Shown here in pieces: positions 18,609-27,767 of a stretch of DNA of 64,000 nt. The notes beneath the pieces are model-generated. The model searched no databases, was not told the origin of the DNA, and saw only the letters and a list, made by a program, of their open reading frames with translations. The position numbers were made by a program, and so were the translations under genes. Source of the DNA: Myxococcales bacterium (GTDB lineage Bacteria > Myxococcota_A > Polyangia > Polyangiales > Ga0077539); assembly GCA_016793325.1 (NCBI GenBank), contig JAEUKI010000087.1, forward strand, positions 116,189 through 180,188, read 5' to 3'. How positions within the stretch are numbered: the stretch's first letter is position 1; every line of letters begins with the position of its first letter.

Positions 18609-19904
18609 CTAGGGAACCGTGTACGAGCACGACCATGTCCCGTAGCTCGACGACGTGACGCCGTTGCGCGTCGAGCCCGTGTAACTCGAAGCCCCGGGCG
18701 CCATCGTGATCGTGACGTCGCCTCCCGAAGCGAAGGTGATGCGCCCGCGGTGTACGGCCGCTGTGCACACGGACGAGTCGTGCGTGTACACGTCCGTGCC
18801 CCAGACGCTCCCGGCTGTTCCCATCGGGGGGCAGCGAAACGTGTGGCTCGAGCCGATGATCCCGGGCGCGCTGCAATCGAACGCGAGCGCGTTGGTCGAC
18901 CACGTCGACGGCGGCGGGCCGCACACGCCCGCGACGCACGTCTGACCCATGGCGCACGCGCGGCCGCAGTCGCCGCAGTGCGCGGCGTTGCTCGCCACAT
19001 CGACGCACGTTCCGCTGCAAGAACGCTGTCCCGAAGGGCAACCGCAGACGCCCATCGAGCACGATCCCGCGCACGGCGCGCCGCACCGCCCGCAGTGAAG
19101 CGCGTCCGTCGCGACGTCCGCGCACACGTCACCGCAGCTCGTCGCGGGCGCGGCGCACGTCGGCGCGACGACCGCAAACGAACAACGCCAGACTCCGTAC
19201 GAGCTCGAGCTGACGCCGCTGCGCATCGAGCCGACGTAGCTGTCTTGGCCCGCGCGCATCTCGACGGTGATCGTTCCTCCTGCGGCTGCCGTGATCCTGC
19301 CAGCGTGAACAGCGGCGGTGCACACAGACGAGTCGTGTGTGTACACGCCGGTCCCCCACACATTTCCGGCGGCGCCGCTGGGAGGACATCGATAGGTGAT
19401 TCTCGAGCCGATCACACCAGGCAACGAACAGTCGTTCGCAGTGGCGTTGGTGCTCCAGGTCGCGTCGCCCGAGCACGCGCCATCGACGCACACGAGCCCC
19501 GCCGCGCACGCGCGATCGCACGCGCCGCAGTGGGCGCTGTCGGTCCGAGTGTCCACGCACGATCCGCCGCACGACGCTGTGCCGCTCGGGCACCCGACGT
19601 CCATCGGCGCGCTCGCGTCGGGAGGAATCTCCGAGCCGATCGTCGAATCGCGCGGATCCAGTCGATCCACGAGCTCTTGGACATCGGCGGGCTGCGCATC
19701 GACGCCCGAGTCCATCGCGCGTGCATCGATCGTCGAGACGTCCGCGGGAGGGAGCGTGACGTCGGCGCTGTCTGCGCTCGTCGCGTCGGTTGCGCGCTGA
19801 TCGGGCGCGGCGTCCCGTCGCACGAGCGGCTCGGGCGAGCAGCGAACGAGCAACGCCGCTGCGAGCGGCGCCGCGAACCGAAGTGCACGTCGATCCGAGA
19901 GCAT
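18609..19904 (-). CDS. secreted protein with two LCCL domains and Stig1-like Cys-rich motifs
   Basis: Signal peptide present. The unit C-x-x-G-x-x-SC-x-G-x-CVD...HCG-x-C-x-x-AC is followed by ...VWGT(G/D)VYTHDSSVCTAAVH(A/R)GRIT. That LCCL core signature occurs twice. Confidence 0.85.
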   Translation of the reverse strand: MLSDRRALRFAAPLAAALLVRCSPEPLVRRDAAPDQRATDATSADSADVTLPPADVSTIDARAMDSGVDAQPADVQELVDRLDPRDSTIGSEIPPDASAPMDVGCPSGTASCGGSCVDTRTDSAHCGACDRACAAGLVCVDGACSGDATWSTNATANDCSLPGVIGSRITYRCPPSGAAGNVWGTGVYTHDSSVCTAAVHAGRITAAAGGTITVEMRAGQDSYVGSMRSGVSSSSYGVWRCSFAVVAPTCAAPATSCGDVCADVATDALHCGRCGAPCAGSCSMGVCGCPSGQRSCSGTCVDVASNAAHCGDCGRACAMGQTCVAGVCGPPPSTWSTNALAFDCSAPGIIGSSHTFRCPPMGTAGSVWGTDVYTHDSSVCTAAVHRGRITFASGGDVTITMAPGASSYTGSTRNGVTSSSYGTWSCSYTVP

Positions 19905-19937
19905 CTCGAAGCCGAGGATCGCACACCGCGCGCGCGC

Positions 19938-20426
19938 TCAACGGCGGGTGAGGGTGATTCCGTCGGCGTACGCGCGCCGACCGTCACAGGGCTCGGTCGT
20001 GGTCGTGAGCCGCACCGTCGCGCACGTCGGATCGAACGACACCGCGTACACGCCGCGATCCGCGACGGGACACGCGAGAAACGCTGGCATCGCCGAGGTG
20101 TCGTTGACCTCCAGCGCGGACCCCGAGAGAGACCACGTCCCGCGGATGCTCCCGGCGGAGATCGCGGCCGTCCACGTGCTCTGCTCGAAGGTCCATTGCA
20201 GCGATTGTCCGGCGAAGGAGCCGCCCGCGATCGTTCCCTGCCACGCGCCGACGAAGGTGCACGCGCCGCTCGCGTCCGCGTCGGGCATCGAGCCGTTCGT
20301 GTCCGCGGGCGTCGCGTCGTTCGCCACGCCCGAGTCCGATGGTCGCATGGGGTCGCAGGCACCCACGAAAACAACAAGCGCGAGCACGCGCAGCGCGCGA
20401 CCCGTCGAAGCGGAGCGGTTCATCAT
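19938..20426 (-). CDS. lipoprotein, hypothetical
   Basis: Trimmed to aa52 (MMNRSASTGRALRVLALVVFVGAC, lipobox). Small beta-rich domain. No motif recognised. Confidence 0.65.
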   Translation of the reverse strand: MMNRSASTGRALRVLALVVFVGACDPMRPSDSGVANDATPADTNGSMPDADASGACTFVGAWQGTIAGGSFAGQSLQWTFEQSTWTAAISAGSIRGTWSLSGSALEVNDTSAMPAFLACPVADRGVYAVSFDPTCATVRLTTTTEPCDGRRAYADGITLTRR

Positions 20427-20598
20427 CGACGAGCGACGGCTGCAGCGCCCGTGCCGCCCACGCTCGAGCGTCGCGAATGCTTGGAAAATTCCAGAGAAAT
20501 TAACGATTGTTTCGGTGCCCCACCAGCGCGGCGTCGAGCAAAACCTGCACGCTCGATGCAAGACGCAGCGCGTGGCCACGCGCTGTCTCGTCGAGCGC

Positions 20599-21531
20599 TT
20601 ACAGCGCGAGGCACGCGCGCGATCGAAGCTGAACGACTTTGCGCTGCGCGTTCAGCGTCAAGTACGCGAGGCCCGTGTCGTCCGAGTCGAGCGACGTCTC
20701 TGCGTCTTCGAACTCGAACGTTGCGTCGGTGGTCGCAGCTCCGCTCGGGACTCGAATCGTGATCGACCCGCTCTCGGGAAAGCAGTCCGCCAACAAGTGT
20801 CGCGAGAGGTTCTGCGACCGAAGCGAGAGCGATTGTCCGTCGATCATCGCCGTCCCATCGATGTTCATCGTGACGATGGTGTTGAAGCGCGACGCCGTGA
20901 CGCGCATCGAGCCGCCGATGCGAACGGGCGTCGAGGCTCCCTGGGTGATCGAGAAATCGCCGAAGGTGCCCTCGAGCGTCGAGCCGTCGACGAAGCGCAC
21001 CATGATCGAGCCGTTGACCGTCGGCGCGTCGGTGATCGCGAAATTGCGAAACGCCACGCCGAGCGTCGTGGTGCCCATCGCCTCCATCGAGCGCACCGTG
21101 ATCCCGCCGAACACGCGCGTGGACGCCTCGGGCAACGCGCATCCACCCGCGGCGAAATCGAGGCTGAGCTCGCCGGTGGTCGCGTTCGAGCTGGTCGTGG
21201 CGCACCCGCCGAACGCTTGTCGAAATCCCGTCTCCAAGATCGGGAGCGTGACCGAAGGAACCGATCCAGGCTCTCGCCCCGCCATGAAGCCGATGCCCAC
21301 GCCCGTCACTTCGAGGCCGAGCAAGAGCTTGTCGAGCTGCGCCGCCGCCGCGACGTACGCGGGGTCCGTCGTGGGCGCGGGCCTCGCGCAGGCTGCACAC
21401 GCGAGGGCCGCGATCGTCGCTACCCCTGCTGCGTGGGCGCGGGCTCGATGGGCAAATTGTCTGCGCACGGTCGAGACCGCTCGGTGATCGGAGTCCGTGC
21501 GTGCGTGATCGTACAGATCGTGGTGGTTCAT
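20599..21531 (-). CDS. lipoprotein, hypothetical
   Basis: The N-terminal region ends in AGVATIAALACAAC (lipobox-like). Balanced beta-rich composition. No motif recognised. Confidence 0.65.
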   Translation of the reverse strand: MNHHDLYDHARTDSDHRAVSTVRRQFAHRARAHAAGVATIAALACAACARPAPTTDPAYVAAAAQLDKLLLGLEVTGVGIGFMAGREPGSVPSVTLPILETGFRQAFGGCATTSSNATTGELSLDFAAGGCALPEASTRVFGGITVRSMEAMGTTTLGVAFRNFAITDAPTVNGSIMVRFVDGSTLEGTFGDFSITQGASTPVRIGGSMRVTASRFNTIVTMNIDGTAMIDGQSLSLRSQNLSRHLLADCFPESGSITIRVPSGAATTDATFEFEDAETSLDSDDTGLAYLTLNAQRKVVQLRSRACLAL

Positions 21532-21721
21532 GGCGTTGCCCTCATCGAACGACGCTCCGCGCTTGTGGCGTGTGCGCCACGCGCGAGGCGCGCGTGTGTC
21601 GAGCGCACCACAAATCCAGGCGTGTCGGTGGTGTTTGGAGTCATCGCGCGAAGCAATGCACGTTCGAAGCCACCCGGGCAGCCGGCCGCGCGGATCGACG
21701 CGACGAATCGCGCCGCGCGCG

Positions 21722-22675
21722 CTACGCGAGGCCCACGGCCGCGCGGCTCACTTCGAAGAGCTTCTTGGCGGCCGCGTCGTTGTGCGCCTCGGGGTTCGGC
21801 GATCGCATCGGCCAGCCGCCCGCGTTCGCGGACTTGTCGCGGTACATCCCGCGCTGGCTGAAGTACGCGCCCGCGTGCGCTTCGACGTCGGGCGCGAGCA
21901 GCGCGTAGAGGGAGCTCTGCGCGCCCTCCCAGGGCTCGATCATTCCTGACAGGCGAAAGACAGGGTAGAGCACGTAGTCTTGCACCCAGCGCGGCATCGT
22001 CGCGCTGATCAAGTTGGTGCGCACCCACCCGGGATGAACGCTCACCGCGGTCACGCCCGTCCCTTCGAGTCGCGCGGCGAGCTCGCGCGCGTGCAACACG
22101 TTGGCGAGCTTCGATTGCGCGTACGCCTCCCAGCCGTCGTACTTGCGCTTCTCGAAGTGCAGGTCGTCGAAGTCGAGCTTCCCGAAGCGCCCTTGCGCGA
22201 CGTCGTGGTAGCAGCTCGAGACCGCGACCACCCTCGACGGCGCACCTCTTTTCAAGGCGTCGAGCAAGAGCTCGGTGAGCAAGAAGTGGCCGAGGTGATT
22301 GACGCCGAACTGCGTCTCGAAGCCGTCCTTGGTCTTGCCCTGCGGCGTGTTCATCACGCCTGCGTTGTTGACGAGCCCGTGGAGGGTGGGGTGTTTCGCG
22401 AGGAGTTTTTCAGCGAATCGACGCACGGACGCGAGCTCGGCGAGGTCGAGCTCGAAGACTTCGATGGCGCCCTTCGCGCCCGCCGCGACGATCGTGTCTC
22501 GCGCTCGCTCGCCCTCGGACACGCGACGACACGCGAGCACGACGGTGGCGCCCTGCTTGGCGAGCTGCTCGACGGTCGTGAGGCCGATGCCCGAGTTTGC
22601 GCCAGTGACGACGAAGGTCTTTCCGGACAAGTCGCGCGCGAGGATCTCCGGCGGACAGAGCAGCGGTTTGGGCAT
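21722..22675 (-). CDS. short-chain dehydrogenase/reductase (retinol-dehydrogenase-like)
   Basis: Trimmed to aa27 (MPKPLL). Motifs: TGANSGIG, NNAG, YAQSKLAN. Confidence 0.9.
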   Translation of the reverse strand: MPKPLLCPPEILARDLSGKTFVVTGANSGIGLTTVEQLAKQGATVVLACRRVSEGERARDTIVAAGAKGAIEVFELDLAELASVRRFAEKLLAKHPTLHGLVNNAGVMNTPQGKTKDGFETQFGVNHLGHFLLTELLLDALKRGAPSRVVAVSSCYHDVAQGRFGKLDFDDLHFEKRKYDGWEAYAQSKLANVLHARELAARLEGTGVTAVSVHPGWVRTNLISATMPRWVQDYVLYPVFRLSGMIEPWEGAQSSLYALLAPDVEAHAGAYFSQRGMYRDKSANAGGWPMRSPNPEAHNDAAAKKLFEVSRAAVGLA

Positions 22676-22831
22676 CGAAGCCAAGCTCCCTTGTGAGTGT
22701 GACGATCGCGAACCGAAGCGCGCGTGCGCGCGATCGCCGATTCGCGGTCCCACGATAGAGCAGTCGGATTCCGCTGACAGCGCTGCGTTGCGATTCTTTA
22801 CAGTGTCGGGTTCGTGCTACCGAAGGCGCCC

Positions 22832-23887
22832 ATGACGTTCTCTCAGTGCCACCTGCGCACGCTCGTCGGACGGTTGGCTTCGACGCCCGGGGTCGTGCTC
22901 GACCCCGAGTACTCGTCGATTTCGCGAGGCATGCTGGGCTGCAAAAAGTCTGTCGAAAAGAAGCTCGTCGAGAAGTACGGCGCGGCGCTCAGCGCCACGC
23001 TCGGGCAGGTGGCCGAGGCGGAGATCGGATTCACCGCGACGATCGACGGACACGACGGCCCGATCGTGGGGCGGCTCGCGATCCCTTCGGCAGCGACCCT
23101 GTTGAAGCAGGATTTCGCCTGGCACGCGAAGAACAGCAGCGCGCTCGCGGTCGCTGAGGGATGCGAGTACGCGCTCATCGATCGGCACGACGACGGGTCT
23201 CGCGCGTGGCTCGTTCGAGCGCGTGATGGCGCGATCAGCGTTCATGTCGCCGAAGCGGGGCAACAGCGACCGAGCCGACCGTTTGCAGCGGACCTCGACG
23301 AGTACATGCAGCGAGGGTTGTCGCGCTGGTTCGTCGCGGGTTGGCTCAACGACCAGGACCCGAAGGCGCGTGCCGCGGTCGAGCGCGCGGTCGACGCGCT
23401 GAAGCGCGTGCAGATCGAGCGGACGATCCGCGTCGAGGTGATCGAGCGCGCGCCGCTCGACGACGCGGCGGTCGAGGCGTTCGTCGCGACGTATCTCGAG
23501 CACGCCAAGGGCTGGGAGAAGGCGATGAAGGCGCGCGTGAAGGCCATTCGCAAGCTCGGCCCGATCGTTCGCGTGAGGCTCCACGTGATGGCGTCGCCGG
23601 TCGAGTTTTTGCCCAACGATCGCGTCGCGTCGCTGCTCGCGGATGCGCCCGGAGGAGAGCGATTTCTCGAAGCCTGCGGGGCGTCGGATCCGCGCTTCGA
23701 CTGGTTGTGGCACCACGAGTACGCCCACTCGATCGCGCCGCCCGAGTACCTCGGCTCGAACTACCTCGAAGAGGTCGATTTCGAGGGACGCCAGACCGAG
23801 TTCACCGCGGACTGCGTGCTGTGCGCGTCGATGGTTCCGGGGCTCGAAATCGGGACGAAGTTCGTCGCGACCAAGCCGTACGCTTGA
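22832..23887 (+). CDS. hypothetical protein
   Basis: GC3-rich frame with balanced composition. ATG at aa7 of ORF 22814..23887. No motif recognised. Confidence 0.65.
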   Translation: MTFSQCHLRTLVGRLASTPGVVLDPEYSSISRGMLGCKKSVEKKLVEKYGAALSATLGQVAEAEIGFTATIDGHDGPIVGRLAIPSAATLLKQDFAWHAKNSSALAVAEGCEYALIDRHDDGSRAWLVRARDGAISVHVAEAGQQRPSRPFAADLDEYMQRGLSRWFVAGWLNDQDPKARAAVERAVDALKRVQIERTIRVEVIERAPLDDAAVEAFVATYLEHAKGWEKAMKARVKAIRKLGPIVRVRLHVMASPVEFLPNDRVASLLADAPGGERFLEACGASDPRFDWLWHHEYAHSIAPPEYLGSNYLEEVDFEGRQTEFTADCVLCASMVPGLEIGTKFVATKPYA

Positions 23888-23912
23888 GCGTGGCGCGCGT
23901 GGCGCTCGGTCT

Positions 23913-24311
23913 TCAGCGTCGACGCGAACGAGACGTTGCCCGACCGCCGGCCCCGGCGGTGGGGCACGGTCGATAGAGGCCGGTCGCGTCGACGTACACC
24001 GCGTCGCCCGCTCGACACGCGCCGCGAGGGGGAGCGCGCTGCGGAACACGCGGGTCGCGGTTCGCCGGTTCGGTCGAAGGCGGAACGCCACACGCGCGAT
24101 AGAGGCTCGCGACGCGGTCGTAGTAGACGCGCTCGCCGTGCGCGCACGCAGGGTTCGAGTGCGTGGGGGGCTTCGGCGCGCCATTGGACCCGGAGCTCGA
24201 CGCGCGCGGCGTGCTCGGCGCTCCCGCGTCGGTGGGGTTGTCAGCGGACGCCGAAGACGATGCACACACAATCAAGATCGCGGCGGCGACGCTGAGCATT
24301 CGCGAGGACAT
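23913..24311 (-). CDS. small secreted Cys-containing protein
   Basis: Signal peptide MSSRMLSVAAAILIVCASSSASA. The motif AC-x-x-G-(E/D)-x-VY-x-D-x-x-x-LYR-x-C occurs twice. GC3-rich frame. Confidence 0.5.
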   Translation of the reverse strand: MSSRMLSVAAAILIVCASSSASADNPTDAGAPSTPRASSSGSNGAPKPPTHSNPACAHGERVYYDRVASLYRACGVPPSTEPANRDPRVPQRAPPRGACRAGDAVYVDATGLYRPCPTAGAGGRATSRSRRR

Positions 24312-24453
24312 CGTGAGCACACAAGAGCGTGCGGGTGGGCGTGCTCTGACACTCGACGCCCGAGCGAGCGGGGGACTCGCGTTCGACCGTGAGCCCTCGC
24401 GACACGGTCCAGGTGTTGCGCGGGGCGCGGCGGCGCGAGCACTATTGCAGCGG

Positions 24454-25851
24454 ATGTTCGATCAGTTTGTTCCACGCGAGGGGGTCGGGCGTTCGCGACG
24501 GGCATGTGCGCACGCCGCGGCGAATCCAGCGGGGTACTGGGCGTGGTTCTTCGGCGTGGGCGTCGAGCGCGGATGGGTGTGCGCGGCGTGCGCAGCGGCG
24601 TATCCCACGGAGCCTGCGTGGGTCGATGTGACGCCCGAGTGGGCGCACGAGGCGCGAGGCGAGGGGTCGCCTTCGGGCACCGTCGGCGCGCCGCAGGTGC
24701 TCGTGCGCGACACGGGCGCGAGCTTCGCGCACGAGCGCGTCTCGATTTCGTGGGCTCGATCGATCGTCGACCTCGTTTCCTTCGGAACGTCCCGCGACGA
24801 GTGGGCGATCCTCTTGCGAGACGGGACGCTCATCGTCACGTCGTTGCGAGCGACGCAGGGCGAGCGACGGTGGCCCTCGGTAGCGCTCGGCTTCGAGGTC
24901 ACTGATCAGTGCGCGATTCACAGCTCGAAGAGCGGGCGGTACATCGCCGTCGTCGAGGCGTCCGCGTCGCGCGGCGCGGTGTTCGACACCGAGCGCGGCG
25001 CGGTCGTGCTCGCGCTCGATCGAAAGAGCTACCACGCAGAGAACAGCAGGTTTCCCTTCGCGTTCGTCGACGCAGCGGCGGTGCGAAGCCGACTCGGTCA
25101 CAGCGACGCGACCACGCGGGCCCATCCGATCGCGGAGGACGCGGACACGTTCGTCATCGCTGCGTCGAACTGGAACCGACTCGATCTCTACGACCCCGCG
25201 ACGGGCCGCGTTCTCTCCGAGCGCTCGCTCGCGACGAGCGACACGGCGTCAGGCGCTCGCGACGCCACGCGCGCGCTCGATTATTTTCACGGCGCGCTCT
25301 CGGTGTCGCCGCGCTCGCGCTGGGTGCTCGACAGCGGCTGGCACTGGCATCCGTGGGGAGCGGACAACGTGTGGTCGATCGACGCGTGGTTCGAAAACCC
25401 CTACGAGTCCGAAGACGGCGCTTCGCGCGCTTCGTTGGTGCAGCGTGCGTACTTCTGGGACGGGCCCGCGGCGTGGATCGACGAGGACACGGTCGTGGTG
25501 TGGGGCTACGGCGACGACGACGAAACGCTGATCCCCGCTGCGCTCATTTGCTCGGTGTACGAACGCGCGCTCTTGCGTTGGTTCGCCGGGCCGACGATCC
25601 GCCAACCCGCTGCGTACCCGCCGCGCAACCTGAAGGACACGCTCGTGTTCGATCGCTGGCTCTTCTCGGTCAGCGAGTCCGATGGAACCTGTGTGTGGGA
25701 CGTGCGCACGGGCGAACGGATCGCTCGGGACCCAGCGCTCGCGCCCTGGCGCTACCACCCCGGCGCGCGTGAATGGGCGACGGTGAACGAAGACCACGTC
25801 GTTCTGTCTCGCTTCGTCGAGCGATCGGACGAGGCGAGCGGGTTGAAATGA
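24454..25851 (+). CDS. hypothetical protein
   Basis: Trimmed to aa98 (MFDQFVPREG). The earlier part would overlap the divergent gene. Trp/Asp-rich, beta-rich. No motif recognised. Confidence 0.65.
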   Translation: MFDQFVPREGVGRSRRACAHAAANPAGYWAWFFGVGVERGWVCAACAAAYPTEPAWVDVTPEWAHEARGEGSPSGTVGAPQVLVRDTGASFAHERVSISWARSIVDLVSFGTSRDEWAILLRDGTLIVTSLRATQGERRWPSVALGFEVTDQCAIHSSKSGRYIAVVEASASRGAVFDTERGAVVLALDRKSYHAENSRFPFAFVDAAAVRSRLGHSDATTRAHPIAEDADTFVIAASNWNRLDLYDPATGRVLSERSLATSDTASGARDATRALDYFHGALSVSPRSRWVLDSGWHWHPWGADNVWSIDAWFENPYESEDGASRASLVQRAYFWDGPAAWIDEDTVVVWGYGDDDETLIPAALICSVYERALLRWFAGPTIRQPAAYPPRNLKDTLVFDRWLFSVSESDGTCVWDVRTGERIARDPALAPWRYHPGAREWATVNEDHVVLSRFVERSDEASGLK

Positions 25852-25878
25852 TGTGCTCGCGTGCCCGCCGCTTCGCGC

Positions 25879-26241
25879 TCAGCCGTGATACACACGCGAC
25901 GCGACGATCGCTCGCTCGCGCACGTCGAACGTCTCGGACACCGCCAGCACCGGTTGGCCGTCGGCGTGTCGGAGGTACTCGATCACGACGCGCTCTTCGC
26001 TCGCGGTGAACGTCAGCGGTTCGTACCGAAGCGACGGCGTCGCGGCGAGCGCCGAGGTCCACCATTGGAAGAGCGCCTTGCGGCCGCGGATCTTTCCTTC
26101 TGTTTCGGGCTCGCGCGCGCGGAGCTTCGGTGAGGTGTGTACGGCGTCTTCGGCGTAGAGGGACACGAGCGCCTCGACGTCGCCGCGGTTGAACGCGTCG
26201 ATCCACCGCCGCGCGATCGAGAGGTTGTCTTCGATGCTCAT
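25879..26241 (-). CDS. SnoaL-like / NTF2-family protein
   Basis: MSIEDNLSIARRWIDAFNRGDVEALVSLYAEDAVH... is the classic NTF2-like N-terminus. 120 aa. Confidence 0.8.
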   Translation of the reverse strand: MSIEDNLSIARRWIDAFNRGDVEALVSLYAEDAVHTSPKLRAREPETEGKIRGRKALFQWWTSALAATPSLRYEPLTFTASEERVVIEYLRHADGQPVLAVSETFDVRERAIVASRVYHG

Positions 26242-26339
26242 CGCGCGAGCGTACTCCGGCCGAACGCGCTTCGGCGCTCGGCCGTCAGAGTCCGTCGCGG
26301 GTGTGCGATCCTCGCGGCGGCGGAGGTTCGAGGAGCACG

Positions 26340-26987
26340 ATGGCAGGCAACGAAATCGAAGGAGGCGCAGCGCTCGACGCCTACGCGCGCAAGTACATGG
26401 CCGCGGGCGAGACGGTGCTCGGCTTTCACAAACAAGTCTCGCGAATCATGCTGTACGCGTTGGGAACGGGCGTCCTCGGCGGCGTCGGCATGGTCGTCTA
26501 CGAGTCGTTTGCGAAGGGGCGACCGCTCAATTTCGCGGCGCTCGCCGTGATGATCTTGATTGTTGGCCTGTATTCGCTGCTGTTGTCCGCGTTCTTCGGC
26601 GTCACGCGGGTACTCGTGACGGACAAGTTCGTGCGGATCAACCTCGGCCTCGCGGGACCGGAGATTCCTCTCGGCGCGATCGAGTCGGTGAGGGCGACGG
26701 ACGCGACGTATGCAGTGGGCGTCCGGCCCTTTGGCGACGTGACGACGTACCACTCGGGCGGCGCGACTGGAAGCGTCGAAATCATCTGGAAAAAGCCCGA
26801 CGGAAAGACCCACACGTCGGTCGTCTGCCTGTCGGATCCTCGCGCGTGCGCCTCGGACATCCAGCGCGCGCTCGCGCAGCGCACCGGCGTACGCGTCGAA
26901 GCGCAGGACACGATGCGAGAGGCGGCCGTCGAAGGGCTCGAGGCGAGCGCGCCGACAGAAGTCGCCGAGCGCGGTCGGGCGTCGTAG
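26340..26987 (+). CDS. membrane protein with bacterial PH (DUF304-like) domain
   Basis: Trimmed to aa14 (MAGNEIEG). Two TM helices, then VLVTDKFVRINLGLAGPEIPLGAIESVRATD, which fits a bPH-type pattern. Confidence 0.55.
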   Translation: MAGNEIEGGAALDAYARKYMAAGETVLGFHKQVSRIMLYALGTGVLGGVGMVVYESFAKGRPLNFAALAVMILIVGLYSLLLSAFFGVTRVLVTDKFVRINLGLAGPEIPLGAIESVRATDATYAVGVRPFGDVTTYHSGGATGSVEIIWKKPDGKTHTSVVCLSDPRACASDIQRALAQRTGVRVEAQDTMREAAVEGLEASAPTEVAERGRAS

Positions 26988-27164
26988 CAGAGCGTCGTCG
27001 CGAAGCGTCTCAGCGAACAGAGAGCTGTCGCGAGAGCACACTGCGACGACGCCGGAGCTCATCGTGAGGTCGCCGAACGATCGGCAGATCTCGAGGATCA
27101 CTTGTCTCGCAGCGGGTGAAAGCGCGGCGCGCGCGGTCCGCGACTGCGGCTTTGATCACGAACA

Positions 27165-27724
27165 TCAGGCTTCGAGCGGCACGCGCTCGACCGCGCACTC
27201 GAGCGTCTTGCCGCCGACGTCGACGTAGAGCGTTCCATCGGTGACCGTCACGCCGAGCTTCGCGCCGCGATCGCCCATGAGCGCGATCACGGCCTCGAGA
27301 AACGCGGGGGCGAGCGCGACCGCTTCGATGTCTTCGAGTCGGTGAATTCGCTGCGCGCGCGCGCGGTGTCTTGCAAGAGGCGCGGCTCGTGGTGCGTGAC
27401 GATCACGACGTGGCGCGAGGCCTTGCTCGCTTTGTGAATGCGCTCGGCGCTGGGCGTTCCCACGTCGATCCAGAGGTCGTAGCCGTTGGCGCTGGTCGTG
27501 GCGTTGCGGACCGAGAGCGCCGGCTCGTCCTTCGAGGCGATGCCCTCCTTCGAAAACGCGATTCCGTCCTGAAAATACAGGCAGTACGCGAGCACGCGCG
27601 CGCAGAGCGAGCGCTCGGTCTCCGATGGGTGTCGCGCGACGCGCAGGTCGAGCGACGTGTACGCGCCGCGGTCGACGTGCGAGAGGTCGATGACGAAGTG
27701 ATAGAGCGTCGAGGTGAGGGCCAC
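27165..27724 (-). pseudogene. yaeQ: yaeQ-family gene interrupted by a frameshift in a (GC)6 tract
   Basis: The N-terminal frame (27287..27724) reads MALTSTLYHFVIDLSHVDR...LRVARHPSETERSL...DEPAL...LWIDVGTPSAERIHKASK, which matches YaeQ. The YaeQ-like C-terminus (RIHRLEDIEAVALAPAFLEAV...VTVTDGTLYVDVGG...VERVPLEA*) continues in another frame to the stop at 27165-27167. The total of 560 nt is not divisible by 3. Confidence 0.75.
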
Positions 27725-27767
27725 GCGCGTGTGTACCCCATTCCGCGGCGGTTCGTGGGCGCTGCGG

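Noticed and set aside
18564-21861. 732-aa (18564..20762) and 637-aa (19948..21861) plus-strand ORFs
   Set aside because: They run antisense across three or four separate minus-strand genes and their intergenic gaps. Arg-rich.
27010-27198. 62-aa minus-strand ORF
   Set aside because: It overlaps the frame that carries the recognisable YaeQ C-terminus. Arg-rich.
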